From: Squalus acanthias
Lineage: Eukaryota
Assembly: GCA_030390025.1 (NCBI GenBank)
Contig: CM059433.1
Span: forward strand, 21,950,001-22,014,000
Direction: 5' to 3'
Length of the DNA: 64,000 nt
How positions within the stretch are numbered: position 1 is the first letter of the stretch; each line of letters opens with the position of its first letter. Of this stretch, positions 1-12,592 are shown piece after piece. Made by a program: the position numbers and the translations under genes. Under the pieces are notes generated by a model that had not been told where the DNA came from, searched no databases, and saw nothing but the letters and a program-made list of their open reading frames with translations.

Positions 1-19
1 AAAAAGGGAGTAATTCATT

Positions 20-1168
20 GGCTCAGAGTTTGCTGTCAAAATAATGGCGAGGTTAATGTCGCCCCCCGTTATTTATACGCAAATGGTACTATGTACCGTT
101 TTGGCCTCCTTACCTAAGGAAGGATATACTTGCCTTAGAGGGAGTGCAACAATGGTTCACTAGACTGATTCCTGGATGGGGGAATTGTCCTATGAGGAGA
201 GATTGAGTACATTAGGCCTATATTCCCTAGAGTTTAGAAGAATGAGAGGTGATCACATTGAATCGTGTAAAATTCTTACAGGGCTTGACAGGGTAGATGC
301 TGGGAGGATGTTCCCCCTGACTGGGGAGTCTAAAACTAGAGGTCACAGTCTCAGAACAAGGGGTCGGCCATTTAGGACTGAAATAAGGAGAAATTTCTTC
401 ACTCAAAGCGTTGTGAATCTTTGGAATTCTCTACCCCAAAGAGCTATGGCTGCTCAGTTGTTGAGTATATTCAAGACAGAGATCGATAGATTTTTGGATA
501 CGAAGAGAATCAAGGGATATGGGAATAGTGCAGGAAGGTGGAGTTGAGGTAGAAGGTCAGCCATGATCTTATTGATTGGCGGAGCAAGCTTGAAGGGCCA
601 AATGGCCTACTCCTGCTCCTATTTCTTATGTTCTAACTTCAGCTGAGGGGAGATGTGCGGTTAAACACAGCAATCCAAAAGTTACTGTCTGAGTTGTGCC
701 TCTCCACCGTTAACTTTGCGAAAACGGTGTCTTGCTGTCTGCCTCACCATTGACATGCATTGAATGCCTGTATTTGTGAGGTAGATACAAACTAAACTCA
801 CCACAGAAAGCTAAGTCTTGTCCATTCCAGTCTAAGTACCCTATTAATGATGTGATTACTGCTAATTACTGCTAAACAACCTTTCTGGCACTGAAAAATA
901 ACTATTACAAATGTGGTGTCTCATTCCTTCAAGTTTTAATTGTTGTTGGAGATATAAAAAAAGTAAAATTTAACATTTTTTAAAAATGTTCCTTTCTGTC
1001 TCTTTTTTCTCTCTCTCTTAATCCAATCTTTATTTCCCTCTATTTATTTTGCTTTCTATACCTGATTTGACATTGAACTCACCCACTCTCATTTACACTT
1101 CCTTCTCAGTCTTTGTGCTGTTAATTTCACAATGCCGTTAGATGTCCTGCTGCAGCGAATTATGGCCC
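20..1168. mobile_element. Harbinger-type MITE split by a CR1 insertion
   Basis: Imperfect TIRs ggctcagagtttgctg / cagcgaattatggccc, flanked by ATT on both sides. Interior is shared with 26505-27560 and partly with 6850-7797. Confidence 0.6.
88..633 (+). mobile_element. CR1 LINE 3' fragment
   Basis: ORF 176-547 (YEERL..LGLYSLEFRRMRGD..NLWNSLP) is the CR1 ORF2 C-terminus, followed by the 3' UTR ...ggcctactcctgctcctatttcttatgttct. Confidence 0.92.
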
Positions 1169-3732
1169 ATTATCTAACAATGACAGATATGCAGAAACAG
1201 AGAGCGGGGCAGACAGAAAGCAAATGAGAGAATGAAAGACAAAAGGTGAGACATATAGAGGAGAGTGGGAGGCATATAAAAGAGTGGAGACAAACAGAAG
1301 CGACTGGAGACTAGAGGGAAGGGACTTACAGAAAGAGTGAGACAAAGGCTGGAACTTTCCTTACCTTGGCAGGTCCAGTGCAGCCGGTGTCCATGGGGGG
1401 TCACGACCCCGCTGCTGACTCCATTCCACTGTACAAAATGAACTTACCTTAATGGGGCCTATTAAGCTCACCCAGTACATTACCCGGCCCAATTAGATGG
1501 AGCGGGTCTGGTGATGTCATTCATGATGCGTTTTAAGCTGGGATCCTTAAAGGGACCCTGACCACATTACATTTTAAGTTTAATCTAACAGTAATCTTTA
1601 CTGTACAATAATATAAAAATTATATGTGAGTGACAAATAAATATTTAAATAAAATTATCATTAAGTAATGTGACTCCATCTACAAATACGATCAAGAACA
1701 TAATTTAAAAAGTACATTCATTGGGAAGTTATTGGTGCTTTAATCACAAATCTATAGACTTTTATCAGTAACTGGTACAAATAAAAGATGTGTGTGCATA
1801 GGTAAGACATAAAATTAAGCAGATTTTAAATGTAATTGAAAAGGGGTGGATTTACAATCTTATGCAAGTTCAGCGGAAGAGCTGCGGAATCCCTGACGAA
1901 CAGTGTAAGTGGTGCTTACAATGTGTTTCTGGGATTTCTGCAGCTCTTCCGTTAAAAGTTAACAATGGACAAGTGAGAGAACCTCCGCAGAAATTCACCC
2001 TAAAGTCTCAGACTGAAAAATTAAATTAGTCATTTTCAGGAACTGAAAGCAAATTGAACCAGTGAAACGAGTGATGAGAATGAAATTGTTACAGTTGATG
2101 ACTTGATTAAATCTGTAACTGGACAATCACAGTATACTGTGAGAAAAACCTGACCAGAAGCAACACAGAAATTTATTTAAATGGTATATGTCATTTTTTA
2201 TAGTGCAGAGCAATTCACTGCAATTGCTGTTCAGTTGGAAGGCAACAGCCGAGAATGGCCAGTGAAAAATTAACATTTACCAGTAGCTTTTCAAGTAGAA
2301 CAGAATCTCCATCAATCTGTTAGCTGATATAATCAACATGTTTTTATTTTGGTTTGTTTCCCATGCTGTCAAGAAATCAGCTGGAGCAATGACCACAGAA
2401 CTCCCGCCTCAGCTTGACAGACGTGGTTCCCGAGCTGCGTGAATCCCGTGGCCATGCAGGGAAATTTAAAAAGTAGGGGGGAAAAGGCTCTTAAGTGCCT
2501 GTAAAGTACCTCATAATGATTTTAATTGGGTCCCCCACAGCTGCAGGTCGGGTCAGTTCCACGCTGACAGATGCGCCTGTGGGAAAGGCGTGTGGGAGCG
2601 AGTTGACTGCGGGTTCCCACCCGACACGCCACCGATCACGCCCGCTACCACTGCGGGAAATTCAGCCCTTAAAGAGTTACAGGGTTAGATTTTGACTTTT
2701 GGCCAACCAACTGGTGGATAAATGCCAGCGGGCGAAGAGATGGTCACGGTTTTGAGGCACTGACCTTATTTACAGCAGGGGTGCCAAGCAGGCATCCCGA
2801 TACAGATCGCCGGATTAAGGCTGGCTAATATCGAGCTACCTTGGCCGCCATCAAGGTAAGTGAGGGAATGGGGGGGTCACGATCGCAGGGGGGGAGGAAA
2901 GGGGGGAGCAACAGAGCTTGAGAGTCAGCCCAAGGATCAAATCTCAACACATCCCACTGCCTGACCGAAGGCACAAGTGACAAAGCAAAGACGAGGCCAG
3001 ATGGGATTTCACTCTCGGAGTCTACTGTTGTGAGAAGAGTGGACGGCTAGGAGTCAGAAGGAAAAGACCCCTACCCACCGCCCCCTCCCCCACCAACTTC
3101 AAACTCACTGCCCCTCCCCCCAATACTAGCAGAACATCAAAGGTTAGAAATCCACGTCAGCAAAGTTCACGTACAAACACTTAAATGTACTGTACTGCAT
3201 TCATGTGTTGACAGTAATATTGTTTGAGCATGTTAAGTATTTGCAGGTGAATCTCACTGATCTGAATTTCTCCCTTGTGGTGTTCATATCCTTAAGGCTG
3301 CCCCTGAACTCAAAAATCACAGCAGCAATTACAGCGTCTTTGCTGATTGTCACTGCTGATTGTCAGCACAATTTTATTGCTTTAGTCAAGAAGGCATCAA
3401 ATTCGCTTCATAATGGATATCATCCAGTAGCATATGGAGATCTGTTCCTAATCTAAATAATCAGGTAAACTTTTTTTTATAAATTAAAGGCACCAAGTGC
3501 GATAGTAAAGAGCTTTTTATGTGACAACGAGCCTGTTTCTTAGACCTTCTATCTCATGTAGGAAAATTCATGTCATTTTATAGCATTTAAGTGAATGACA
3601 GATTTATTTATTTTTGTTCTGTGCACTTTTGCTTTAAATAGCAGCAGCAGCTATTTTTGGTAAACCATAATGTTATATCCATTTTGGAAATGTGGATTTA
3701 AAGAAACAAATCATTCAGTACAGCGTTCCTGT

Positions 3733-3765
3733 CCTGCCACCTTGTGGCCAATAGAGTTGCTGCAA
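3733..3765 (-). promoter_or_regulatory. Candidate CTCF binding site with upstream motif
   Basis: Minus strand reads TTGCAGCAACTCTATTGGCCACAAGGTGGCAGG: a core motif plus the TGCAG upstream module at the usual spacing, in non-repeat sequence. Confidence 0.65.
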
Positions 3766-4005
3766 CTCAAATAAAGAGTCCTTTTTTCACCAACAGACTG
3801 GCAGAATATTTACATAAATCGTACCACTGCATTCATTATGATGCCCTCTAAAGCTGGCTCGTTGTAAGGAGTGAACTACATTTCTTTTTCTTCCTATTTT
3901 TATCCTCACGCCATTTCATGGTTCATGGAGTGCTTCGCATTCTCTCTTTCTGACATTCGAGGCCTGGGAGATGGTGGCACTTGGAGGACTGATCAGGGTT
4001 GATTT

Positions 4006-4141
4006 CAATGTCCCCTGTAAGCTGTGCAGCCGCGCGGCCGTGTGGCGCTCCAGGGATCCCGCGCAGCTGGCTTTTGAATGCAAAAACTACGCATGCACGG
4101 CAATGGCCCGCGCGGCGACAAAATAATTACAGGGGACATTG
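4006..4141. mobile_element. hAT-type MITE (136 bp)
   Basis: Perfect 15-bp TIR CAATGTCCCCTGTAA / TTACAGGGGACATTG. The 8-bp flanks gttgattt / gttgactc match at 6 of 8 positions. Confidence 0.75.
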
Positions 4142-4639
4142 GTTGACTCCACACTCATTTTTTTTTCTCCTTCTGGAGAAGTTTTCTTTCCACCTTTCTT
4201 TTTGGTGCCTTTCTTGATAGCTGGACTAAGATTAGTAACTCGCTGCATAGAGAACTGTGGGTCCTCACCTCTCCATGCCGCGATGTGTGCCCAGCCTGCT
4301 GACAGCCACTTTTCTTTTTCAGTTTAACGTGAGGTTTCGACTTTCAAAGGTACTTCCCTCTCCGTCCCCACTTCTGAGTCTCTCATATCAGGTCCCTTCT
4401 CTGGCCAGGCAGTCCATCTGCCAGCAGACTTCAACCAAGGCCACTGGATGGTCTCCAACACATGACCAACCTGGTTCCCCCTTTAATATTCCCTCTCTGC
4501 AGAGAAGTGTATGGCTTCACCTGCAGTGCCACAGCTGAAATCAGGAACCCAAAACATGAAGGATGGTGAAGTACGAGCTCGTGTCACACAGTGCATTGGT
4601 CTGTTCCATATATCTCCCATTTACTGAAAAGTGTTGCCT

Positions 4640-5470
4640 GTATTTACCATTTTATTTTGTCATCCTTAAATTGAAATTATGATCCCTTGTTCTGAATGTT
4701 TTACGCAGCAGAAAAACCTATTTGAGGCATTTGGCAAGTGCCTGAATCTTAAATGCTGATATCAGTTCACCCCTTGGTTTTATCTTTTCAAGAGAGAAAC
4801 ATCCCTGGTTAGCTAACCTCTCCTCATAGCTCAGTCCCCATTGTCACCTTCCTTTGTACTCCCTCCAGCAACTTCATATCTTGTTTTTTTAAATAGGGAG
4901 AACAAAACTGCATGCAGTGCTCCATATGTGCAATAAATAAAGCCAGATATCATTTTACAATTATTTATTTTGACTTGTCTGTAGCAATGCATCTCAACCT
5001 TCTGTGTGTGCATTTACTTAGCTGCCTATGACATCTGTAGCGATCTATCTACCCCAAGACCTAGATACTTTTTCCTATTGTAATATTGCAAGCATATTTC
5101 CATGTAGTACATAATCCATGCTATCCTTAACTTTATATTTCTCCATATTAAATTGAATTTGCCACTTCTCTGCCCCCTGACCAGCTTCTCTAGATCCCTT
5201 TGGATTTACACAAATTGATTATTTGCTCCCAGTTTGGTGTCGTCTGCAAATTTAGACACGTTGGACACGATTAGATCCTCCAAATCTTTTATGAAAATCC
5301 TAATCATAGTGGTCCCAGCAATAATTCTTGTGACAGATCACTACCACCCGTGCATCACAACTTGCTACTACCTAATCCAGTCCAATATGCTGCCATCTAT
5401 CCCAGATGTCCAAACCTTATGCAGTAGTTCATTATGCTGGGAAGTGTCAATGCCTTTCTGGAATCCAAGC
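4640..5470 (-). mobile_element. Old, degraded CR1 LINE fragment
   Basis: Antisense remnants of FADD (gtgtcgtctgcaaa), DFQKA (gcctttctggaatcc) and YEERL (aacctctcctcatagct). Boundaries approximate. Confidence 0.65.
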
Positions 5471-6404
5471 ATACAGCATTAAGGCTACAAGTTTGTTGCA
5501 GTAGTTATACACAGTGGTACAGTAATCTTCCATTTGGCGTGGCGGAAGACAGAGATGACCCCTATCTTTACTGGAATGCCATTGGGTTGGGTCACCATTC
5601 TTGTGATGTCTGGAGTGGGTGGTGATGTGCTCCCATCTCCCATTGGCCTTTGTTTCGCTTTCTGGAGATGTACTGTGGAGTGGCTGGTGCTACAGGTCCT
5701 ATAAATCTGTAGGAACCACGGACAAGATCTCTTGAGTTCTTTACAAACACACTTGCAACTTTGCTATAGATAGTGGCCAGTCGACATTTGTTCCCACTTT
5801 CTACAAAAAACAACCCCACATAGACGCGAGTTACTGGGAAACCGGAGGAGCTGATTCAGTCGGCAGGGAAGAATTCATTTCGATTTGACACCACAGTTAA
5901 AGTTTGTGTAATTGCAGCAAGGTTCGACATCTTGTAGATAGTAAGATTGATTCCATGCGCTTTGTCTTCATTTTACTGCAGTGACAACATCATTTATACA
6001 ACACTGATCAGCACAGCCGGTACACAAGACATCGATGCTTCATGCATCTCATGTTACCTGTTTTTGCTAAAATCCAATTTCTTTGTGGAATGAATAAATA
6101 CATGAATGTCAAGCTGTGAACAAATGCATCTTTAATTAAAAAGTAACGTTGCTCAAAAAGAAAAATCCATAACCCTGCAGATGAAATACTGAAGTCGGGT
6201 CTCGAGAAAAAAAAACCTTATGAATTCTGCTAAAGCTGTTCCTTTACAGACCTATAAAAGAATCAGCAGTACTAACATGGACTGCAATTTGTCTAAACTG
6301 AGAAAATTATGTTTTTGACAAGATATCAAGGCAGTTTCAGAAAATTATAGGGAAAAGAAGCAGCTGCGTGCACATTGGATTTACATATACTCATTGGAAA
6401 AATA

Positions 6405-6826
6405 GACTCGGCTTGTGTTCCCGCAAGTATAAAAGATTAAGGGGTGATCTAATTGAGGTGTTTAAGATGGTTAAAGGATTTGATGGGGTTGATAGAGAGA
6501 AACTGTTACCTCTGGTGGGGGAGTCCAGAACAAGGGCATAACCTTAAAATTAAAGCAGGTGGTTCATGGGTGATGTCAGGAAGCACTTCTTCACACAAAG
6601 GGTAGTGGAAATCTGGAACTCTCTCCCCCAAAAAACTGTTGAGGCTGGGGGGGGGGGTCAATTGGAAATTTCAAAACTGAGATTGATAGATTTTTGTTAG
6701 GCAAGGGTATTAAGGGTTACGGAACCAAGGTGGGTAGATGGAGTTAAGATACAGATCAGCCATGATCTGATTGAATGGCAGAACAGGCTCGAGGGGCTGA
6801 AAGGCCGTCTCCTGTTCCTATGTTCT
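6405..6826 (+). mobile_element. CR1 LINE 3' fragment
   Basis: Contains ggggtgatctaattgaggtg...tggaactctctcccc...gatcagccatgatctgattgaatggc, ending in a cctgttcctatgttct tail. Confidence 0.88.
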
Positions 6827-6849
6827 CAGAAAGAATATAACGATCACCT

Positions 6850-7797
6850 GACTCAGAAATTGCTGCGAATTAATGGCGCCAGCCAATATTGGTGCGCAAA
6901 AAATCCAGCAATTTACGGCAACGAAGGTTCCCTACAAATTGCTGGACGATTTGCGCTGCTCCACTGTTAGCCTCGACAAAAATGCAAAATAATCTCACCA
7001 CTGCCATTTAGGACTGGCAATTCACGTGTCAGGACCCTGTTAATGACGCGATTAATGGTCCTGACGTGACATTCAACCTTGGAGGCCCACAAAGGAAACA
7101 AATGAAGCTGTGGAGTCTCACTCCAGCAGGTGGTGAATTGTTCCTAGAGGTCTTTTAACCTTTTTTTAAAGGTCTTGGCAGTACTTTTGTGCCAATCGTG
7201 CCACCCACACTCCTGTTAGTGCCGGAAGGCAATCATTTTCAGGATGCAAAGCTGTTTTGACACTCAGAAATGCAAATTAGATAGATTTCTTCCAGAAAAT
7301 AATTTTGGGCTACAGTATATGAGTAAGAATGTTTGTACATCCCGCACACCTACCCTGCCATTGACTCATTGTTAACACCTCAAGGACCAATACAACAATT
7401 CCCAAACACACCTGGGTTACAATGTCCTCTTCTTCTGCGTGTTCTTTTAAAATTCTTTTCTTACTTTTTCTTTCTGTCTCTTTTCTCTCTCTCATAATCC
7501 ACTCTCTTTCTTTCCTTCCCTTTATTTCTTTTTCTGTGTCTAATTTGACTAATTCACCCTATTTCCTTCCCTGCCGTTCGCTCTGTTTCTTGCTCTATCC
7601 TTTTCCTTCATTGGTTAAGCAGAGAATCCATTGGGCACGATGTTCATGAGGTCCCAGAGGCGACATTGACATTGCTGCCTTTTATCAATTCGCGCTTCCA
7701 GCAAATTGTGGCGCAAATCTGCGATCTGAAGGTTGAGGAAGAAAGTCAAATTCACGTCGCTCGCTGTAAGATGAGCGATTCCAGCAATTTCTGGCCC
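6850..7797. mobile_element. Harbinger-type MITE
   Basis: TIR-like ends gactcagaaattgctg / cagcaatttctggccc. The right half resembles 900-1168 and 27120-27560. Confidence 0.55.
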
Positions 7798-7809
7798 AGT
7801 GTTGACTGT

Positions 7810-8400
7810 AACATCACCCATCTCCACCCCTGCCTTAGCCTATTGCCGCTGAAGCCCTCATCCATGCCTTTATCACCTCCAGACTAGACTACTCCATCGC
7901 TCTCCTGGCTGGCCTCCCATCCTCCACCCTTTGTAAACTTCTACTCATCCAAAATTCTGCTGCCCATATCCTGTGCTGCACCAAATCCCGCTCGCTCCTC
8001 ACCCCTGTCCCTGTTGATCTACATTGACATTCTCATCCTCATATTTAAGTTTCTTCATGGCCTTGGCCCTCCCTATCTTTATAACCTCATCAAAGCCCGA
8101 CAACACCTCCCAGAACTCTGCAATCTTCCAAATCTGGCCTTTTGTCCCGCCGTTAGCTTCCGATCCTTCAGCCATCTACGTCCCATGCTCTGGAATTCCC
8201 TAACTAAAGCCTTCTGGCACTTCAGCGCCCTCTCCTGCTTTAAGCCCCTCCTTAAACCTACCTCTTTGACCGAGCTTTGGTCATGCTACCTCATTCTTCA
8301 TCTCAACATCCATTTGCGTCTGATTATGCCTCTGTGAAGCAACTTTGGCTCATTTTCGACGTTAAGGGCTCTATATAAAGACCAGTTGTTATTATTGCTG
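7810..8400 (+). mobile_element. L2-clade LINE 3' fragment
   Basis: Degraded ORF2 end (LDYS.ALLAGLP..L..LLLIQNSAA; LIFKFLHGLGPPYL; LWNSL) and an L2-type tail gtgaagca...gctctatataaa...gttgttattatt. Confidence 0.75.
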
Positions 8401-9456
8401 CCCTGTATATTTAATTTTAGTTAGATATTAGACTGGCTGAGTGAACTATCAAGAAAGATTGTGGAGTTCTACAGTTTTTTTCTAACTCCTATGAACATTA
8501 CAGAAAGTTCACTCCCTTCCCAAAGAAATGGACTAAACCATTCTCCCATATACAACTTCCATTAGCAGTGATCCCTACTTCTGTCTCGTCCTTCTTAAAA
8601 GTGCTTTGTCACTCATTAGATTCTTAAATGATAACTTTCTGGGTTAAGAAATCAAGTAATGTAATTGGTTATGTAACTGTACAGATCTGCCTTCCCCATA
8701 AAAAAAAAAGAGAAAGAAAAGGCTTTCTTTCCTGAAGACAGTGACCATTTAAAATGTGCATCCGTTCAGCAACCGCTCGGACCCGTTCTCATGAAGGTCT
8801 CGCTGCTACTGTTAACCTGCCTTTCAGATGCTGAATGGCCCACCGTCCATGGAAACATGCAGGGTATTGTTTCCTCAGAAATCTCACTGTGGGAATTGGC
8901 AACAAATGTGTTTGTGCATTCGAATGAAGTTCCTTTGCTCTGCTATTTTTAAGAAGGCGCTAATCCGTTGAAAATAAATTGGTTAACATCTTTGGTAAGA
9001 TAACAGAGGACGCTCGTATGAATATTTTATTGCATTGGTTACTGCGACGGCACAGCTGGATTTCAACTGCAATACGAATACACTGGGAATACCAGAGATT
9101 TGTAGCAAAGGATAAGGCTTTATGTTTCCATCTGAAGTGAGAACCATCATCTTTTATTTGCGCAAGATAATTCATTGTTGGGAGAAAGAAAATATACACT
9201 TTATAAAATATTAAAAGTAAAATGGAGAAAATTGTGAATTATTTGCACATGATCAAAATATCTGCATTTTTTCATATTTTTTCTATACTTTTGCTATGAT
9301 ATTAATTATTAAATGTTTGTTTTCTGTTACTATTTTATTTTTACTTTGTTTTAGATATGTTTATATTTGTCTCCTATAAGGCCAAGAGTCAATAAATGGT
9401 TGAAGAGCAATGGGAAGAGAGCGGGGCAGTGGGAAGAGTGTAGCTAACACAGACAC

Positions 9457-9728
9457 GGGGGCAATTTTAACCCTACTCACTCAGCAGAAAGCTGGCGGGT
9501 GGGCAGTTAAAATCACCCTGGCTCTTACCTGTCCAGAAGCGGCCTGATCGCAACATCTGCAATTTTAACCTGCTCTTCTGAGCAGGGCAGCAAGGACCCC
9601 GCGCCCGGAGCCGACAGGGTCCTTCTTTACAGATGCATGTTGCGGCCCGATGACATCATTGAGAGCCGACTGTAATTTTAACTCAGGCCCCTGAGTGGGG
9701 AATCCACCTGGAGTTCAAATCGGGGCCC
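9457..9728. mobile_element. Harbinger-type MITE (~270 bp), copy 1
   Basis: Ends gggggcaattttaac / gttcaaatcggggccc. Closely similar direct copy at 58146-58413. Confidence 0.75.
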
Positions 9729-9731
9729 AAT

Positions 9732-9891
9732 GGGGTCATTTTAATTTTTATCACCAAGGCGAAAAACAGGTGATAATGAATCGGCCGCCAGGTTTACACT
9801 TCACCCGATTTTCTTTTCAGGCAAGGTGTAAACCGGCTGCCGATTCACCACCTCCCGCTTTTCACCAGGCAGTTCAAGTTTTAATGACCCC
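9732..9891. mobile_element. Harbinger-type MITE (160 bp)
   Basis: TIR ggggtcatt / aatgacccc with AAT duplicated on both sides. Confidence 0.7.
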
Positions 9892-10227
9892 AATATGCCA
9901 AATGACCTCCTTCTGTGCTGTAAACTGAAGTGGTGCAATAGTTCAAGCATATTCTGCCCTCCACCTTCCCTTGTTATTTTGCTCCTCTTTCAGCACCTGC
10001 TCAGACCATTCTCATCTTTCTCATTCCCCAACTTACTTAATTCCACTTACTCCCTATCCAATCAGGAATCCAATTCACATGTTAAACTTCCATTTTTCTT
10101 TCAGTCACTTTTTTCAGTCACTGGATAGAGAGCAAAAACAAAAGGAACTGGAGGGAAGCCAAGCAAGAGAGTCGGAAAAAACACAATTGGAAATAAAAAT
10201 AATGAACTAATCTGAATAGTTAAGCCA

Positions 10228-10452
10228 TAAGCAAAATACTGCGGATGCTGGAAATCTGAAATAAAAACAGAAAATGCTGGAAATACTCAGCAGGTCAGGC
10301 AGCATCTGTGGAGAGAGAAAGAGAGTTAACGTTTCAGGTCGATGACCTTTCGTCAGACGAAGGGTCATCGACCTGAAACGTTAACTCTGTTTCTCTCTCC
10401 ACAGATGCTGCCTGACTTGCTGAGTATTTCCAGCATTTTCTGTTTTTATTTT
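10228..10452. mobile_element. Penelope-like terminal-repeat hairpin
   Basis: 96-bp arms (10259-10354 / 10356-10451) form a near-perfect palindrome centred at 10355. The arm sequence matches the end of the GIY-YIG-coding element at 24578-26135. Confidence 0.85.
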
Positions 10453-10865
10453 AACCTGAATAGTTAGCAGTTTATTTAACAATAGGATGACTGTGTTTAA
10501 AAATATCAATCACTTGAGCTTCTGCCGACTATTTGCATTTCTGTGAGGTACATTTTGCACAGATTCACAAGGGAAGCTGCCACTTTTAAAATCCAACTGA
10601 GTAGATAGAAGTTTGTGATTTAGCTGTCATCTGTAGAATCTCTGCAGAAAGCACCAAATTCTCAGCGAAACGTAATCCTTCTACTTTCTGCTCTTCCAAA
10701 TGAGAAAATATCTAACGTGAGGCGGCAGTAAAACAAACATGGCATTACCTGTTAAACACAGAAGCCCTATAAAATTCAGACCGAGGTGAAATGTGAAAAA
10801 TGTACATTGATTTGGGCAGGTTTAATTCAGATTAGTGAAGTTTTTACGCCTCTGGCCATTTAAAG

Positions 10866-11452
10866 ATTCTTCTTCTTCTTCTTAGGCAGTCCCTTGGAAC
10901 CGAGGATGACTTGCTTCCACATTAAAAATGAATTCTCAGGTGACTGATGAGTCCAATGTGGGACCTATAGTCTCTGTCACAGGTGGGGCAGACGGTGGTT
11001 GAAGGGGCGGGTGAGTGGGGTGCTTGGGTTGAGGTGTGCTCCTTGCGCTGCCTGCGCTTGGCTTCCGCTTGCTCCCGGCGAAGAGATTCGAGGTGTTCGG
11101 CGCCTTCCCGGATGCTTCTCCTCCACTTTGTGCGGTCTTGGGCCAGGGATTCCCAGGTGTCGGTGGGGATGTTACACTTTTTCAAGGAGGCTTTGAGGGT
11201 GTCCTTGAAGCGTTTCCTCTGCCCACCTGGGGCTCTCTTTCTGTGCCGGAGCTCCGAGTAGAGCACTTGTTTTGGGAGTCTCGTATCGGGCATGCGGACA
11301 ATGTGACCCGTCCATCGGAGCTGATCGAGCGTGGTCAAAGCTTCAATGCTGGGGATGTTGGCCTGAGCAAGAACACTGACGTTGGTGCGCCTATCCTGCC
11401 AATGGATTTGCAGGATCTTGCAGAGGCAGCGCTGGTGGTACCTCTCCAGTGC
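10866..11452 (-). mobile_element. RTE-clade (BovB-like) LINE 3' fragment
   Basis: Open ORF with QLRWTGHIVRMPDTRLPKQVLYSEL...GGQRKRFKDTLKASLK and a terminal C2H2 finger CPTCDRDYRSHIGLISHLRIH. Short 3' UTR and (GAA)n tail. Confidence 0.92.
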
Positions 11453-11551
11453 ATATATATGCAACAGATGTGGGCTTACCTCAAACTGTGAGCCTTATGT
11501 GACCTGAGAGAAGTTGGGCCCTCAAGGAACAGGAAGACAGATATTTTTGCT

Positions 11552-11955
11552 TGGACTGGGCAACTAGATGATGCACTGGCCTTTCTCTTTTGGGACCAGG
11601 GTTCAATTCCAGTTCAGACGAATGGGAGAAAAGTCATCCTCTCAGTCTGTAGGCTGTCTGGATTTTATATGAAATTAGTTTCAGCAGTATCCCAGTCCCC
11701 AGTGGATATATGCTCATAGCACAAAACTGCCCTCAATTTGGCACTAATTGGCTACAGGATGGCTGGCATGGGAAATGGAAAACTGCCACATTGGCGCATT
11801 AATGGATGCTGTTCTGTGGTTGGGGGCGGAGGCACCTGGCCCGGGACTGTGCTAAACCTGGCCCAGGAATCCTCAATACTGAGACCGGGTGCCTGAAGTG
11901 GAAACCGTTCCATTCCTCAGCACTAACATCCGTCAACTTGATGAGCACAAAAACA
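11552..11955 (+). mobile_element. LF-SINE-like tRNA-derived SINE
   Basis: tRNA-like head with B box gggttcaattcc. The core atgaaattagtt...cagtccccagtgga...cacaaaactgccctcaatttggcactaattggc and the end tgatgagcacaaa resemble the recalled LF-SINE consensus. Confidence 0.65.
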
Positions 11956-12314
11956 AGTGTTGCGAGATAGTAGACAATGGATTTTAAAGCTGGTAGTTAG
12001 TTTCACTAGTCTTGCTGTGCTCTGTTACAAGCACTAAGAGGGACTTTTAGGTGTGTTTCTTACTCCAAGGGGTGTTTCAGCCAGCTTAAAGATGAAGGGG
12101 GCATCAGTTATTATATTGTATTCCATAGTGACCCAACCATATAAATTCCCTTAGCTGATACTTCATTCTAGTTAAAGCTGACTCTCTCTCTTTCAATATT
12201 TTGGTGTCAAATCGCAGTGGATTTTACACAGATACTGCCTCTTACATTATTTTAATGATTTGTTCTCAACTTTAACATCCCCACTGTGTACTGCTTGACA
12301 AATTATATAAAATT

Positions 12315-12592
12315 TTCAGCACAGCAACAGACCATTCGGCCAACTGGTCTATGCTCCACACGAGACATCTCCCACCCCTCTTCATCTAACTCTATCAGCA
12401 TGATCTTCTATTCCTTTCTCCCTCATGTGTTTATCTAGCTTTCCCTTAAATGCATCTGTGCTATTTGCCTCAACTACTCCTTGTGGTAGCGAGTTCCACA
12501 TTCGATCCACTCTCTGGGTAAAGGAAGTTTCTCCTGAATTCCCTATTTGATTTATTGGTAACTATCTTATATTTATGGCCCCTGGTTTTGGA
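12315..12592 (-). mobile_element. CR1 LINE 3' fragment
   Basis: Antisense CR1 3' end: tctagctttcccttaaatgcatct...gagttccacatt...actctctgggtaaag. Confidence 0.8.

Noticed and set aside
11552..11625. tRNA gene (also 50625-50705 and 46070-46140)
   Set aside because: These are degenerate tRNA-derived SINE heads followed by SINE bodies. No cloverleaf is supported.
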